Origin: a virus
DNA: 64,000 nucleotides
Strand: one strand, 5' to 3'
IMG/VR virus record: IMGVR_UViG_3300035698_009252
Location: 75,604-139,603 of that record
The notes beneath the pieces are model-generated. The model made no database searches and was not told the origin of the DNA. It saw nothing but the letters and a program-made list of their open reading frames with translations. How positions within the stretch are numbered: position 1 is the first letter of the stretch; every line of letters begins with the position of its first letter. A program made the position numbers and the translations under genes. This document shows positions 36,720-46,553 of this stretch, piece by piece.

Positions 36720-37847
36720 TTACCTGAAGACACTGCTGACGTCCGGGGCCGTGTCCCAGATGCCGCTGATGTCATCCGCTCCACTGCCCTGACCTGCGGT
36801 CATGGCACGCGGCTGTCCACCAAGTTCCTTAATACCAGCCTTGGCCTTGCGAGCCTTCGGCTGAACCGTCTCGGCACCTTCCTTCGGGATGGTTTCATCC
36901 TCGAAGATTTCTGCCAGACGGGGGTCTGCTTCGACATCGTCGCCCAGGTCCATCCCCGACGCGGAGGTCAGTTCGATGTCCAGTTCGTTCATGCCGCGAC
37001 GCGGAGCGGAGGCTTCCTTCTTCTCGTCGTCCTCGTCCTCGTCATCATCCGCTTTCTTGTCCGAGGCATCGGAATCATCCTTCTTGGAATCATCCTTGTC
37101 GTCCTCGTCTTCGGCCTTCTTCGGCTCGACGGCGGCGTCCTTCTTGGACTCGTCACCCTTGTCGTCCTCGTCCTTGTCGTCGGCGGCTTCCTTGGCGTCG
37201 TCCTTCTTCGACTCGTCCTTGGCGTCGTCCTTCGACTCGTCAGCGGCTTCCTTGGATTCCTCGTCCTTCTTGGCGTCGTCCTTCTTGTCGTCGTCTTCGG
37301 CCTTCTTCGACTCGTCCTCGTCCTTCTTGTCGTCTTCGGCCTTCTTCGACTCCTCGTCGTCCTTCTTGTCGTCGTCTTCGGCGGCTTCCTTCTTGGACTC
37401 CTCTTCTTCGTCCTTCTTGTCGTCCTCCGCGACGTAGAGTTCCTGCGAATCGACGAAACGCTGAAGTGTCCGGTCGAGAGCTTCAGGGCCGAGGGCCATA
37501 AAGTCACGAGCCTGGGCTTCGATGGTCTCGTCATCGACCTTCTCGCCCAACAGGAGCACTGCCGCCCTGACCGCCTTCGATGCGGCTATCTTGACGGAAG
37601 CAACGGTCGGGCCGTTGGTTTCGGGGATACCGAAACCGATTTCGTCCCTGGCGTCACTCTTCCACTCGGTCCGCATGTCCGGGAAGGGGTGATTGGTGGT
37701 TTCCCACTCAATCCCGTATTCGTCACGTTTCTTGAACTTCCGTTCCGGCTGATTCACTGTACCGGGATAAGGGATGGAATCTTCCACCGCCCTACGCCCA
37801 CGCGAAGCTGCCCGACGGGGGTCTGTAAGTCTGATTCTCCTTGCCAT
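36720..37847 (-). CDS. Acidic scaffold/core protein (putative)
   Basis: Long D/E/K low-complexity repeats (EDDKKDEDESKKA) between protease and capsid genes. Confidence 0.6.
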   Translation of the reverse strand: MARRIRLTDPRRAASRGRRAVEDSIPYPGTVNQPERKFKKRDEYGIEWETTNHPFPDMRTEWKSDARDEIGFGIPETNGPTVASVKIAASKAVRAAVLLLGEKVDDETIEAQARDFMALGPEALDRTLQRFVDSQELYVAEDDKKDEEEESKKEAAEDDDKKDDEESKKAEDDKKDEDESKKAEDDDKKDDAKKDEESKEAADESKDDAKDESKKDDAKEAADDKDEDDKGDESKKDAAVEPKKAEDEDDKDDSKKDDSDASDKKADDDEDEDDEKKEASAPRRGMNELDIELTSASGMDLGDDVEADPRLAEIFEDETIPKEGAETVQPKARKAKAGIKELGGQPRAMTAGQGSGADDISGIWDTAPDVSSVFR

Positions 37848-37849
37848 GA

Positions 37850-38533
37850 TTATGCCCTCCTCGATGCTTTCTTGGCGCGGGCACCAATGGCGTCAGAAAT
37901 CCTGTCTATTCTGAGCGCCAATTCGGTGCGACCTTGCCGTTCCAAGTAACTAGCCACCCGGTCCAAGCGGTCACCCGCCCGGCCCAGACGGGCCACGTAT
38001 TCTTCCGCAGCGGTATGACCGGTCGGAGCCACGTCCAGCATCGAATCGCCGGTTGTGAGTTCCTTCCCGTGTGCCACTTCCTCGACCGCGTCGAGGTAAT
38101 CCTGCGAAATATCATCCTCGACGCCGGGAGCTGTCTCGCTGCCCTGCTTGCTGCTGCCCATCATTGGACCGTCGCAGAATTCTTCGCCGAGCCCCAAGTC
38201 CTCGTCCATGCCGAGTTCCTCGTCGAGGTCTTCTCCGAGTCCCAGGTCTTCGCCGAGCCCCAGGTCTTCGCCGAGTCCCAGGTCTTCGCCCATGCCGAGT
38301 TCGTCGACAACGACTGATTCGCCCAGGTCCTCATCCATGCCGAGTTCGTCGACAACTACCTCGTCTCCGAGCCCGCCCTCGTCGTCCATATAGGACATCG
38401 CGTCCAAGCGACGGTCGAGTGCATCGATTTCAGAAGCAAGGGTTGGGGCATCGCTGCGCTGGGACTTTGGCTGGGCCGAACCCAGTTTCTGTTCCAGGGC
38501 CTCGACCCTATTCCTCAATGTTTTATCCGCCAT
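37850..38533 (-). CDS. Acidic head-associated protein with LGEDLG repeats
   Basis: Tandem (GEDLGL)n; C-terminal amphipathic helices. Confidence 0.55.
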   Translation of the reverse strand: MADKTLRNRVEALEQKLGSAQPKSQRSDAPTLASEIDALDRRLDAMSYMDDEGGLGDEVVVDELGMDEDLGESVVVDELGMGEDLGLGEDLGLGEDLGLGEDLDEELGMDEDLGLGEEFCDGPMMGSSKQGSETAPGVEDDISQDYLDAVEEVAHGKELTTGDSMLDVAPTGHTAAEEYVARLGRAGDRLDRVASYLERQGRTELALRIDRISDAIGARAKKASRRA

Positions 38534-38577
38534 TTTCCGTCCTCCTGTCATTACGCAAAGACACCATTCAGTTCTAC

Positions 38578-38600
38578 CCTATGAATGTATTATCAAAAAA
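38578..38600 (-). promoter_or_regulatory. Putative late promoter for the scaffold-capsid operon (TTTTTTGATA-N7-CATAGG)
   Basis: One mismatch to consensus, same spacing. Confidence 0.55.
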
Positions 38601-38653
38601 TAATTACACATTACATTAGATAGATAGTGTCCGTGTTTTTCTTATTTTTGGGG

Positions 38654-38962
38654 TTACGTCATCAAACGCTTGGCCATCGCGACTAAACGACGGGCAAGTG
38701 CTTCACTCTCCGATGCCGACAACGGCCAATTCTTATTGGCGCGTGCGTTCTCGTCCTTGATATCTTCACTCACGGACTCGGGGATCGCTTCGGAGACTTC
38801 CTTCGCCTCTTCTTTTGCCAACCCCTGGGCCTCATTCGCGAGTTCTTCGTCAATTCCGCCCTCAACCATCCTCTCAAGCGCGTCAATTTCCGCAAGGATT
38901 CCACGCGGACCACGAGCCGTCAATCTCTGTCTTGTTCTCATCTTCATCTCCTTTATTGCCAC
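38654..38962 (-). CDS. Small head-cluster protein with C-terminal helix tag
   Basis: Ends EALARRLVAMAKRLMT. Confidence 0.65.
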   Translation of the reverse strand: MAIKEMKMRTRQRLTARGPRGILAEIDALERMVEGGIDEELANEAQGLAKEEAKEVSEAIPESVSEDIKDENARANKNWPLSASESEALARRLVAMAKRLMT

Positions 38963-39945
38963 ACACCACGAGCAACGCGCTCGATAATAGATTCACGATT
39001 CCTACGTAGAAGTTCCTCGCGAGCCACACGCAAAACAATCATGCCAGCCCGGTCGGCAACTCTCAGCTTGAATAAATCCTCAACCGTTTCAGACAATCTC
39101 GCCGTCGGGAATTGGAGAACCTGCGCGGCCTTTGGTATTTCGGAAATCAGGTGATTAAGTACGGCACCAACAAATGCGGGCTTGTCTACCCAACTTGCCT
39201 CAATAAATTTGACGGATTTCGGGTCACCCGCCAATTTACCGTCCTGCTCAATCATCCGGCCACACAACTCAGCGACTATGCGCTCAATACCATCCTCGTC
39301 CATAAAGGATTGCATGAGCTGCCTGTCAATGTGTTCGCAATTCGGGTCATTATCGGCGAGAACCTTGCCGCACCGGCTGCATGTGACATAATCCGCCAGA
39401 CACCCCATACTCATTGTTGTGAGTTTCCCAGACGTAATATCTCGGACAAGACCACCGTGTTTCAGGTTCGTGGCAACGAGAATATCAATATAGTAGACAT
39501 CGGCTTCACGGCCCTTCTCGTCCTTGTAGCAAATGGGCCGGGCAACGGCATCCAGGATTTTGCCCTTGGAGAGTTCGGGGATTTGTACGTGCTCCAGGTA
39601 ATTCTCTCCGCCAACGAACGAACGGAAAGTGGACAGTAATACCTCGTTCGTCCACGCATTACCGTTATTATTGACGAGTTCGGAGCACGCGGGTTCAATA
39701 TAGTAGCCATTTTTCGCGGTGGCAACTGACGAGACGATAGTACAATGGCTGAATAGATGGCTGTCCGGCGTAAAGGTGCCCCAGTCTACGTCAATATCCC
39801 TGGCTACACGAACGCGGCCATGCCCGGACGCCAGACGGTGCCAATCCTGCCGGGGATTGGGAAGAATAGTGGCAACGGGCATATCCAGGCTGAACGTCCT
39901 GGCCCCGGCCATCATCAAACACGCATCTGTAGTGCAACGTCTCAT
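38953..39945 (-). CDS. Prohead maturation protease (HK97/herpes-like fold) with Zn-finger insert
   Basis: YLEH...SKGKILDA, TMSMGC..CSRCG..CEH, FIEASWVDKPAF; start set at TAATG overlap. Confidence 0.7.
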   Translation of the reverse strand: MRRCTTDACLMMAGARTFSLDMPVATILPNPRQDWHRLASGHGRVRVARDIDVDWGTFTPDSHLFSHCTIVSSVATAKNGYYIEPACSELVNNNGNAWTNEVLLSTFRSFVGGENYLEHVQIPELSKGKILDAVARPICYKDEKGREADVYYIDILVATNLKHGGLVRDITSGKLTTMSMGCLADYVTCSRCGKVLADNDPNCEHIDRQLMQSFMDEDGIERIVAELCGRMIEQDGKLAGDPKSVKFIEASWVDKPAFVGAVLNHLISEIPKAAQVLQFPTARLSETVEDLFKLRVADRAGMIVLRVAREELLRRNRESIIERVARGVWQ

Positions 39946-40241
39946 TATGTGGCTTCCTCTAAAATGTCCATCAATGCTGTTTGCAACACGGTCTCTTCGT
40001 AACTCGGCGTATCCCACTGAATCTTCCGCATGGCCTTGACAGCCTGCTGGGCATCTTTGGACAGCATCTCCATCTCACGAATGCCCAACTCAAGCCCACG
40101 CCCACCCGCCTTAATCATGCGTTCGGCATTTGCCAGACGCTTGGACATACTCCCGTGCCCGGCAGACAGAACCTTTGAGATACGAGAAATGGCCCGCAGG
40201 TCTTCCTTTACCGCAAATAATTCGTGTGCCAGCTTTATCAT
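39945..40241 (-). CDS. Hypothetical protein with tag-like N-terminus
   Basis: MIKLAHELFAVKEDLRA. Confidence 0.55.
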   Translation of the reverse strand: MIKLAHELFAVKEDLRAISRISKVLSAGHGSMSKRLANAERMIKAGGRGLELGIREMEMLSKDAQQAVKAMRKIQWDTPSYEETVLQTALMDILEEAT

Positions 40242-40774
40242 ATCCCCAATCTCCGCATAACGTGAGCCGCGCCTCTGCTGTCCAAACCCTTTACGAATTC
40301 CAACAACTTCTCTTGCGGGTCAACCTCTGGCTCTGCATCCTGAATCGAATACTTCGCACGTGCCGCCATGATGACATTGGCCAACTTTGCGTCTCTAACC
40401 TGAAACTCTTCACTGGACCAACCGTTACGCGGGAATGGGCCGCCCGCCCGTGTTCGCTCGTGCCCGTACTTTTTCAGTGCCGAATTGATATTCTGCAACT
40501 TCGGCTTGGCCAGCGTGCCCACGCCTTGGTCGAATATCGTCGCACTGCGAGTCCTATCCCCACCGAGCCCGGAGCTGCGGCGTTCCTCCACGATTTTTAG
40601 CGACAGCTTGCCCGACGCCGTATTGAGGGACAATTCCGCTCTACGGCTGTTACTGTCGTACTCCCATTGCCAGTACGACGAGTTCTGGGCAATTAGCACC
40701 TCGCCAGAGACAATGCCTCTGGCAAGACGCACCAATCGCCGAGCAATTGCCACCTCCCGCATCGGAACCTCCAT
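40238..40774 (-). CDS. Tagged hypothetical protein
   Basis: VAIARRLVRLARGIVSG. Confidence 0.65.
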   Translation of the reverse strand: MEVPMREVAIARRLVRLARGIVSGEVLIAQNSSYWQWEYDSNSRRAELSLNTASGKLSLKIVEERRSSGLGGDRTRSATIFDQGVGTLAKPKLQNINSALKKYGHERTRAGGPFPRNGWSSEEFQVRDAKLANVIMAARAKYSIQDAEPEVDPQEKLLEFVKGLDSRGAAHVMRRLGI

Positions 40775-40817
40775 TTCAACTCACGCGCCCTTATGGAGCG
40801 ACGCCGGAAAGGCAGGT

Positions 40818-41060
40818 TTAGGATACGGTGAGCGAGGCCGGGTTGTATGCCGACTTGTTGTCCGAAGTCGTGCCCGTCTTGCCGATACCGGGATGCTGCA
40901 AGTGGTCGGTGGATACCACCGGCTGCTTGATTGCCGACCGGTTCGTGATAGTCGAAACACGGGCCGGGGTCACAATACTGTTGTTCCCGAAGAAACCGAT
41001 TGCTTCGTCCTCACGGACGCGACCTGCGGTCACGGTCTGATATGCCTTGGAATATGCCAT
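40818..41060 (-). CDS. Hypothetical protein
   Basis: 80 aa with strong RBS. Confidence 0.55.
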   Translation of the reverse strand: MAYSKAYQTVTAGRVREDEAIGFFGNNSIVTPARVSTITNRSAIKQPVVSTDHLQHPGIGKTGTTSDNKSAYNPASLTVS

Positions 41061-41100
41061 TTCCTCTTCCTCCTTGCGGCTTTATGCCGCCTTATTACCG

Positions 41101-41415
41101 TTACAATGAAGCCTGAATTTCAGCCGCGCTCTCCTGGAGCCCGTACTTGTTCGCATATTGCAACACGAACTTCTTGAAAGACGTAATCCCGTGCTTGCAC
41201 AGATTGTTGTTCGGATTGGACGGGCCACCATTGACCGGGTCCGGGAACAAATTCCGAAGGTAATCATTTATGTCCAACCAGTAGAAATCCCACGCCTGCT
41301 GAGGAAGCTTCGCAGCCAGCTTGGCATACTTCCTCTTGGACACCCTGTGAGACTTGATATGAGCATCCGTGACTTTTTTCGAATACCCCTGTCCGCATAT
41401 TACACACGCTGTCAT
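41101..41415 (-). CDS. Zn-finger (C2H2-like) hypothetical protein
   Basis: CVICG...HIKSH. Confidence 0.55.
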   Translation of the reverse strand: MTACVICGQGYSKKVTDAHIKSHRVSKRKYAKLAAKLPQQAWDFYWLDINDYLRNLFPDPVNGGPSNPNNNLCKHGITSFKKFVLQYANKYGLQESAAEIQASL

Positions 41416-42662
41416 TGTTGTATTGTCCTTACTCGCCGGGACGCTTCAATCTCCACCTCAACCGTGCCGTCCGGCTCTACTTCGATTTCAACCTTGGGTC
41501 TTTCCAAAATGACCTTGCCGCTTGGAATCTTGAAACCGCAATCCGGGCACGTCAAAAGTTTCTCGCTCTTCGTGAACTTCTGGTCCTCCATGTCCTTCTT
41601 ACACGACGGACAAAGGGAATTCCCATCTTGCTGTTCCCGCCTGGTCTTCCGGTACACGCGCCCCTTGTCGCCCCAGTAGAGAGCACGGCGACTGCGGAGT
41701 TCGTTAAAATCCGGGCACTCCGCCTCCCGGCGGCTTTTGAGTCCGCTACCAATAACCTCGAACGCAGGACGGTTCTTGAAATCGCGGATAATGCCCTTGT
41801 CTTCCCACTCGGCCATGACCTCGCCACTCTCCTGGTCGATGATTTGGCCACCATAAATCGCTCCGCGCATGCCAAGATGCCCATTCACGCCACCGGGCTC
41901 GGTACTCTCATTCATCTTCTCGACGTATTTCCTGATGCTGGAGGCTGTGGGCCTGCCGTACACCCTCTTCCACTCCGAATCCGTCGTGCGGTACCGGCTA
42001 AAAACGGGATAAGCCTTAAAAACGTAACGGATACTCCTGGATGAACCTGCGGACCTGGGCATAACAGGCGAACTCTCACCTTCGGCACCCTCAGCCACAC
42101 CCTCGTCCCAGTGGGTTTCGCTCACGCGGTCGACGACCCCGTCATCTTCCCACCGCGTCGTCACCCGTTCCACGATGGCTGCATTCCGCCCCCGCCGCCG
42201 GGAAGCCTCGATTTCGACGGGTTCCGTGGGGGCAATCTTCGGACCGGCCTCGGCCTCTTCCATCATTTCGGGTGCCAAATCCTTCTGGAGATTCTGCATG
42301 ATACTGAATCCACCACCTCTGGGCTGCTCAATCCCGTGCGTCTTGGGGTCTCCCACGTACTGGTCACCCGACGGCACATCCTCTACAGCCGAACGACGGC
42401 CACGACGACTCGCATCCATTTCCATGCGCTCTACCAGGAAATTCGAAGCGTGTTGTACCTCGTCCGGGTCGTGCTGGCTTTCACCACCATCGCCCCAATT
42501 CACAAATACCTTGGCACACTTCAAGTCGACTCTCGTCACTTCCCCGACGAAATCGATACTGCCCGCAACGACGGAAGTTACGATATCTCCGGGATTAAAG
42601 CGTTCAACTTGCTTGCGCAAATCAGAAGCTAAGACCATTGTTCCTCTACGTGTCCGCATCAT
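41412..42662 (-). CDS. Multi-module hypothetical protein with Zn ribbon
   Basis: Modules separated by xASRR motifs; CPSC...CPDC. Confidence 0.6.
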   Translation of the reverse strand: MMRTRRGTMVLASDLRKQVERFNPGDIVTSVVAGSIDFVGEVTRVDLKCAKVFVNWGDGGESQHDPDEVQHASNFLVERMEMDASRRGRRSAVEDVPSGDQYVGDPKTHGIEQPRGGGFSIMQNLQKDLAPEMMEEAEAGPKIAPTEPVEIEASRRRGRNAAIVERVTTRWEDDGVVDRVSETHWDEGVAEGAEGESSPVMPRSAGSSRSIRYVFKAYPVFSRYRTTDSEWKRVYGRPTASSIRKYVEKMNESTEPGGVNGHLGMRGAIYGGQIIDQESGEVMAEWEDKGIIRDFKNRPAFEVIGSGLKSRREAECPDFNELRSRRALYWGDKGRVYRKTRREQQDGNSLCPSCKKDMEDQKFTKSEKLLTCPDCGFKIPSGKVILERPKVEIEVEPDGTVEVEIEASRRVRTIQQ

Positions 42663-42673
42663 TCATCCTCCAC

Positions 42674-42696
42674 CCTTGGTAGTGAATATCAAAGAA
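42674..42696 (-). promoter_or_regulatory. Putative late promoter (TTCTTTGATA-N7-CCAAGG)
   Basis: Shares GTGATAATTCTTTGATATTCAC with the copy at 55.9 kb. Confidence 0.65.
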
Positions 42697-42717
42697 TTAT
42701 CACACAATGTCGTCTTC

Positions 42718-43182
42718 TCACGTCCGCTTTTGCGGACGCTTTCCCCTACGAGGCCCTCCCGCTCCCAACGAGACTGCAAGCTCCACAGGCCATTTCGGTC
42801 GGAATTTTCTATCTGTCAAGGCCACTTTCCTGATATTGCGAAGGGCAAATCCCTTGATGTGCCTATCTCTCATGTCGTATGCAAAAAGCATTTTCCGGCG
42901 GCCAACTCTCAGCTTGCGATACCGGTACGAATATGGAGCCACGATATATTTTTTCGTCTCTCCCGTAGTTGTTTTCCGGTAGGTAATGATAACCTGAACC
43001 AATCGCAAAGACGCCTCGACAATGGCAACCTTCTTGTTTCTGAGTGCGAACATAGTGCCGTATCGAGGTTTGCGCCCTACCCGGCGCGGCAATCGACGAG
43101 GAGCCTTCTTCTCCTGACCCTCCATGAACTTTTCGACAGAACTGGAGAAATCCTTGAGAATTGCATCTGCAAATGACGCCAT
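42718..43182 (-). CDS. WYL-like domain protein
   Basis: ITYRK..GETKKYIVAPYS...LFAYD...IKGFALRNIRKV. Confidence 0.6.
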   Translation of the reverse strand: MASFADAILKDFSSSVEKFMEGQEKKAPRRLPRRVGRKPRYGTMFALRNKKVAIVEASLRLVQVIITYRKTTTGETKKYIVAPYSYRYRKLRVGRRKMLFAYDMRDRHIKGFALRNIRKVALTDRKFRPKWPVELAVSLGAGGPRRGKRPQKRT

Positions 43183-43198
43183 ATCTAAACCTCTATCC

Positions 43199-43528
43199 TC
43201 ATGGCAACCTGTTCGACCCCGTCACGGCGTCGGTGATACCACTACGATTGGCCTCCGAGCCAATTCCCTGGTTGTACATGTATTCCCCTTCGGCCAAGTC
43301 GCGAGCATTTACGGCTGTCACGATATCCGCCGGGTCATTGGACCAGGACTCACATGCCCGGCCCAAACTAGGGTCATCGACCGGCTGCTGCCTGAATCCC
43401 CGGCTATCCCCACCCCGACGGAACCAGTACAGAGCTGGGCAATACGTACTATGCACGCAAGCAGAACATCCTTGCCCTGGCTGACGAACCACCGTACCCA
43501 GCACGGGGTATGGAAAACTGTAATCCAT
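43199..43528 (-). CDS. Cys-rich hypothetical protein
   Basis: CSACVHSTYC...ACESW. Confidence 0.55.
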   Translation of the reverse strand: MDYSFPYPVLGTVVRQPGQGCSACVHSTYCPALYWFRRGGDSRGFRQQPVDDPSLGRACESWSNDPADIVTAVNARDLAEGEYMYNQGIGSEANRSGITDAVTGSNRLP

Positions 43529-43953
43529 TAAGCCCCTACAACTCGGTCTCCACCCGTCCTTCTCTCAAACCGGCCATCCGCTTCCTTCTCATCCACCGGA
43601 GTCAACGTGCTCGTCGGGTCATTCTCCCACCGGGTCTTGTCCACGATGGTTGTAACCGCCGGAGTCCCGGCATGCGGGAACGTGCCTCCGTCACCGTGCA
43701 TGACCTGGTCATCCACGATGTTCCGACCCAGTTTGACAACCCGAGACCGCTGCATTTCCACCGGCCCGGCAGCTTCACCGCTGAATGCCGGAGTCCCCTG
43801 CGGAATACGATTGTCCTTCTCCCAAGCCATATCCCCTTCACGGGAAGTTGCCTTACCGGGATAAAACTGGGTACGACTGGCCTGGGATGGGGATTGCTGC
43901 CCCGCACCGAGGTCATTGCTTGTGTAATCTACTCTTTCGTTTGTCGCCATCAT
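43528..43953 (-). CDS. Hypothetical protein
   Basis: Translationally coupled ORF. Confidence 0.55.
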   Translation of the reverse strand: MMATNERVDYTSNDLGAGQQSPSQASRTQFYPGKATSREGDMAWEKDNRIPQGTPAFSGEAAGPVEMQRSRVVKLGRNIVDDQVMHGDGGTFPHAGTPAVTTIVDKTRWENDPTSTLTPVDEKEADGRFERRTGGDRVVGA

Positions 43954-44216
43954 TCACCTCCTTCAAATTGCTGCATGGCTTTTACGATGTCGGCCAAATA
44001 CGGCGCAACACCTTCGTCTAACGATTCCCTGGCGGAATCCAGTGCCGCCTTCTGAGGAACACTCTCTGCCTTGATTTTCGGCAAATTCTCGTTGATGATT
44101 TGTACGCAGCGAATCATCATATCGATGGACTGGTCGACCATCTCCAAGGGCTCATCGCTCTCTTCTCCTTGTGCGACCCTGTTTGTCATTTTGGCTATCC
44201 TCGTTTGGTCCATCAC
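43950..44216 (-). CDS. Tagged (short variant) hypothetical protein
   Basis: MDQTRIAKMTNRVAQG. Confidence 0.6.
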   Translation of the reverse strand: MMDQTRIAKMTNRVAQGEESDEPLEMVDQSIDMMIRCVQIINENLPKIKAESVPQKAALDSARESLDEGVAPYLADIVKAMQQFEGGE

Positions 44217-45688
44217 GCATACTCCTCTTTGAGAAGGCGGATGGCATCCTGCCTGGACAACTCCTTGCCCAACCCCGCCAATTCGTCCATCTTGTCCCGC
44301 AGAAATTGAATGGCTTTGCCCACTTCCGGTCCCTGACCTAACCCCAAAATCTGCTGTACCTCGTGCCCATTCAACGGTGGTTTCTCCGATATCGGGATGT
44401 CCTGAACGTCCTCAATCATTTCGCGAAGCTTCGGAATTTCGTTCCGAGGCGGCAGATTCCCCAACAAATCAGCTTCGGCCAAGTCCAGCACGGCGTCAAT
44501 CAACTCCTCACCCACATTGCGAATGAACTTCCGCAAAGCCTTCGGCCCCACCCTGTCGTCACGGGTCATGGCGTGTGGACGCATGTGCATCTCCACCATG
44601 CGCCTGACAGACTTGATGTCCTTCTTCTCAAACTTCAACCGCCGCATGATGGCTTCGGCAATTTCCCCACCAACCTTTTCATGGCCAATGAACCGGACCA
44701 GGCCGTCAAGAATCTCCCTGGACTTCGGCTTGCCCACGTCATGTAACAGGGCACCTAGCTGGTTTAGAACGCCTGGCTGGGCACTCCGCAACACCAGCAT
44801 GGTGTGTTTGAAGACATCGCCCTCCTGGTGAGCACCACGGGTGTATTCATGTTCCACGCCCTGCATTGCCTCTATTTCCGGGAAGACGTACTTCAACAAC
44901 CCTAATACCTTCATCAACCGGATAGCCTGGGCCAGCTTGCCCACATCCATCACTTTGATAAGTTCATCTCGGATACGTTCCCCTGAGACAATCTTGATAC
45001 GGCCCGCATTCGCCCGCACAATCTTGATAACCGATATAGGAACCTTCCACCCATACTTAGCCTGGAAGCGAACCAGGCGAATCATCCTGAGAGGGTCTTG
45101 CCGGAGAATCTCGGCAAAGTCTACGCCCGGATGGCCCCGCAAGAGTCCCTTCTTGATGTCGGCCACGCTGGTCCCGGTCAAATCCTTCAGCTCGCCGGTT
45201 GTCAAATCCTTCAGGACCATGTTGACGGTAAAATCTCGGCGCTCGATATCTTCTTTCAGGGTGCCAGGCTCAGTTAGCCGCTGCCGGGAGTCCTCATCAG
45301 GAAATGATTCCTTCTGAGCATCGGCAATCTCAATCTCCGCACCTGCGGTTGCGTACTCTTCGCCATCGAACTCTATATCGTCCTTGAAGGTGATAGCCCA
45401 TATGGGGTACTTCCCTTTCTGGACTGGGCGGCTTGTCTCCCTCGTGAACTCGCGATGGAGATAGGTAGTGAGCTTCTTCGCTCCACCCTTCATCTCGATG
45501 ACAACGTCCAGGTCCTTGGACGGCAATCCCATGATTTCGTCACGAACGTATCCGCCCACCGCGAAGGTCTTATTGGCAAAGGGGGTGCCCCGCAGTAACG
45601 CCTTCATCAGACGTTCCACTTCTTTCTCGGCGGATGCCGCCAAGATTTCGCGAGCTACCTTGAGCACTTCTTTGACCAATCCGTTCAT
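44213..45688 (-). CDS. cca: Class II tRNA nucleotidyltransferase (CCA-adding enzyme) with HD domain
   Basis: VGGYVRD..DLDV, DIERRDFTVN, DPLRMIR, SGERIRDEL, HQEGDVFKHT, LLHDVGKP; N-terminal LVKEVLKVAREILAA tag. Confidence 0.88.
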   Translation of the reverse strand: MNGLVKEVLKVAREILAASAEKEVERLMKALLRGTPFANKTFAVGGYVRDEIMGLPSKDLDVVIEMKGGAKKLTTYLHREFTRETSRPVQKGKYPIWAITFKDDIEFDGEEYATAGAEIEIADAQKESFPDEDSRQRLTEPGTLKEDIERRDFTVNMVLKDLTTGELKDLTGTSVADIKKGLLRGHPGVDFAEILRQDPLRMIRLVRFQAKYGWKVPISVIKIVRANAGRIKIVSGERIRDELIKVMDVGKLAQAIRLMKVLGLLKYVFPEIEAMQGVEHEYTRGAHQEGDVFKHTMLVLRSAQPGVLNQLGALLHDVGKPKSREILDGLVRFIGHEKVGGEIAEAIMRRLKFEKKDIKSVRRMVEMHMRPHAMTRDDRVGPKALRKFIRNVGEELIDAVLDLAEADLLGNLPPRNEIPKLREMIEDVQDIPISEKPPLNGHEVQQILGLGQGPEVGKAIQFLRDKMDELAGLGKELSRQDAIRLLKEEYA

Positions 45689-45690
45689 AA

Positions 45691-45963
45691 TTACGGCAGA
45701 ACATCTGCTGTTCTCTCCAGCTCCCAAGCCTCTTTCTCAAGGCTTGCCGCCACCTGCCCGCACAGTGATTCAAGATGTTTGTATGCCGACACCGCGCTAT
45801 GGCAATCAGACGCCAACTCGTTAAGCATCAAGGAGTCGCCCGCCTCGTTCTTCGCGTCACGATACGTATTGAACCCCGCCGCCTTCATCACCCTTGCACG
45901 CTCACGCTCCCGAGCAAGTACCGTGTCGAATGCCTTCCTGAACTGTCTATCAAACGTCGCCAT
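45691..45963 (-). CDS. Hypothetical protein
   Basis: 90-aa ORF in operon. Confidence 0.55.
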   Translation of the reverse strand: MATFDRQFRKAFDTVLARERERARVMKAAGFNTYRDAKNEAGDSLMLNELASDCHSAVSAYKHLESLCGQVAASLEKEAWELERTADVLP

Positions 45964-45971
45964 GTCTCACC

Positions 45972-46553
45972 TCACTTTGCTGTTACAATTTCCGCGAAGA
46001 TGCACTCCGCACAGTACTCTGCTCTGTGATTCCCCAACTCGAACCGCCGGATAATATCCTCAGCTTCCGGGGTCCGCACAATCCGGTCGGTTTCTGCCAT
46101 CAACCAGTCTTGCCTCTTGAAATCCTTCTCACTGATGCCCTGCTCAGATTCAAAGATGTTGTGCAGCCCCGACTTCACCTTCCGATGGTAATTCTGTTCC
46201 GGCAGCATCAGCCCTTCCCAGGCTCCGGCTTCCGTCCTATCGAGAGGGTGGACTGACGATTTTTTAACCATTGGCCGACGACTTGGCTTCTTCACCGGAC
46301 GGTCCTTGTTCTCATTCGTGTCCTTGTCCTTCTGTTCCGGCGTCTTGCGCCTGTCCCGATGCCGTTCCTTCACGTCATCCCGTGGGGGCTTGACATGCGG
46401 CTCACGGTCGCGCCCCTTGGACGTGCCACCCGTGTCCTGTATCAAGTCCTTGTCCTTGCGAACAACCTGATTCCCTCGGGACGCCAAAACGAATTGAGCA
46501 ACCCGCTCAGCTATCGCGATTCTCTTTACTATGAGGTTTGCGTCCATTACCAC
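45972..46553 (-). CDS. Tagged (variant) hypothetical protein
   Basis: IVKRIAIAERVAQFVLAS. Confidence 0.6.
   Translation of the reverse strand: MVMDANLIVKRIAIAERVAQFVLASRGNQVVRKDKDLIQDTGGTSKGRDREPHVKPPRDDVKERHRDRRKTPEQKDKDTNENKDRPVKKPSRRPMVKKSSVHPLDRTEAGAWEGLMLPEQNYHRKVKSGLHNIFESEQGISEKDFKRQDWLMAETDRIVRTPEAEDIIRRFELGNHRAEYCAECIFAEIVTAK

Noticed and set aside
36009-37949. Long plus-strand ORFs (646 aa here; also 10500-11720, 16394-17401, 35219-36067 and others)
   Set aside because: Antisense shadows of codon-biased or low-complexity minus-strand genes; no RBS or protein-like motifs.
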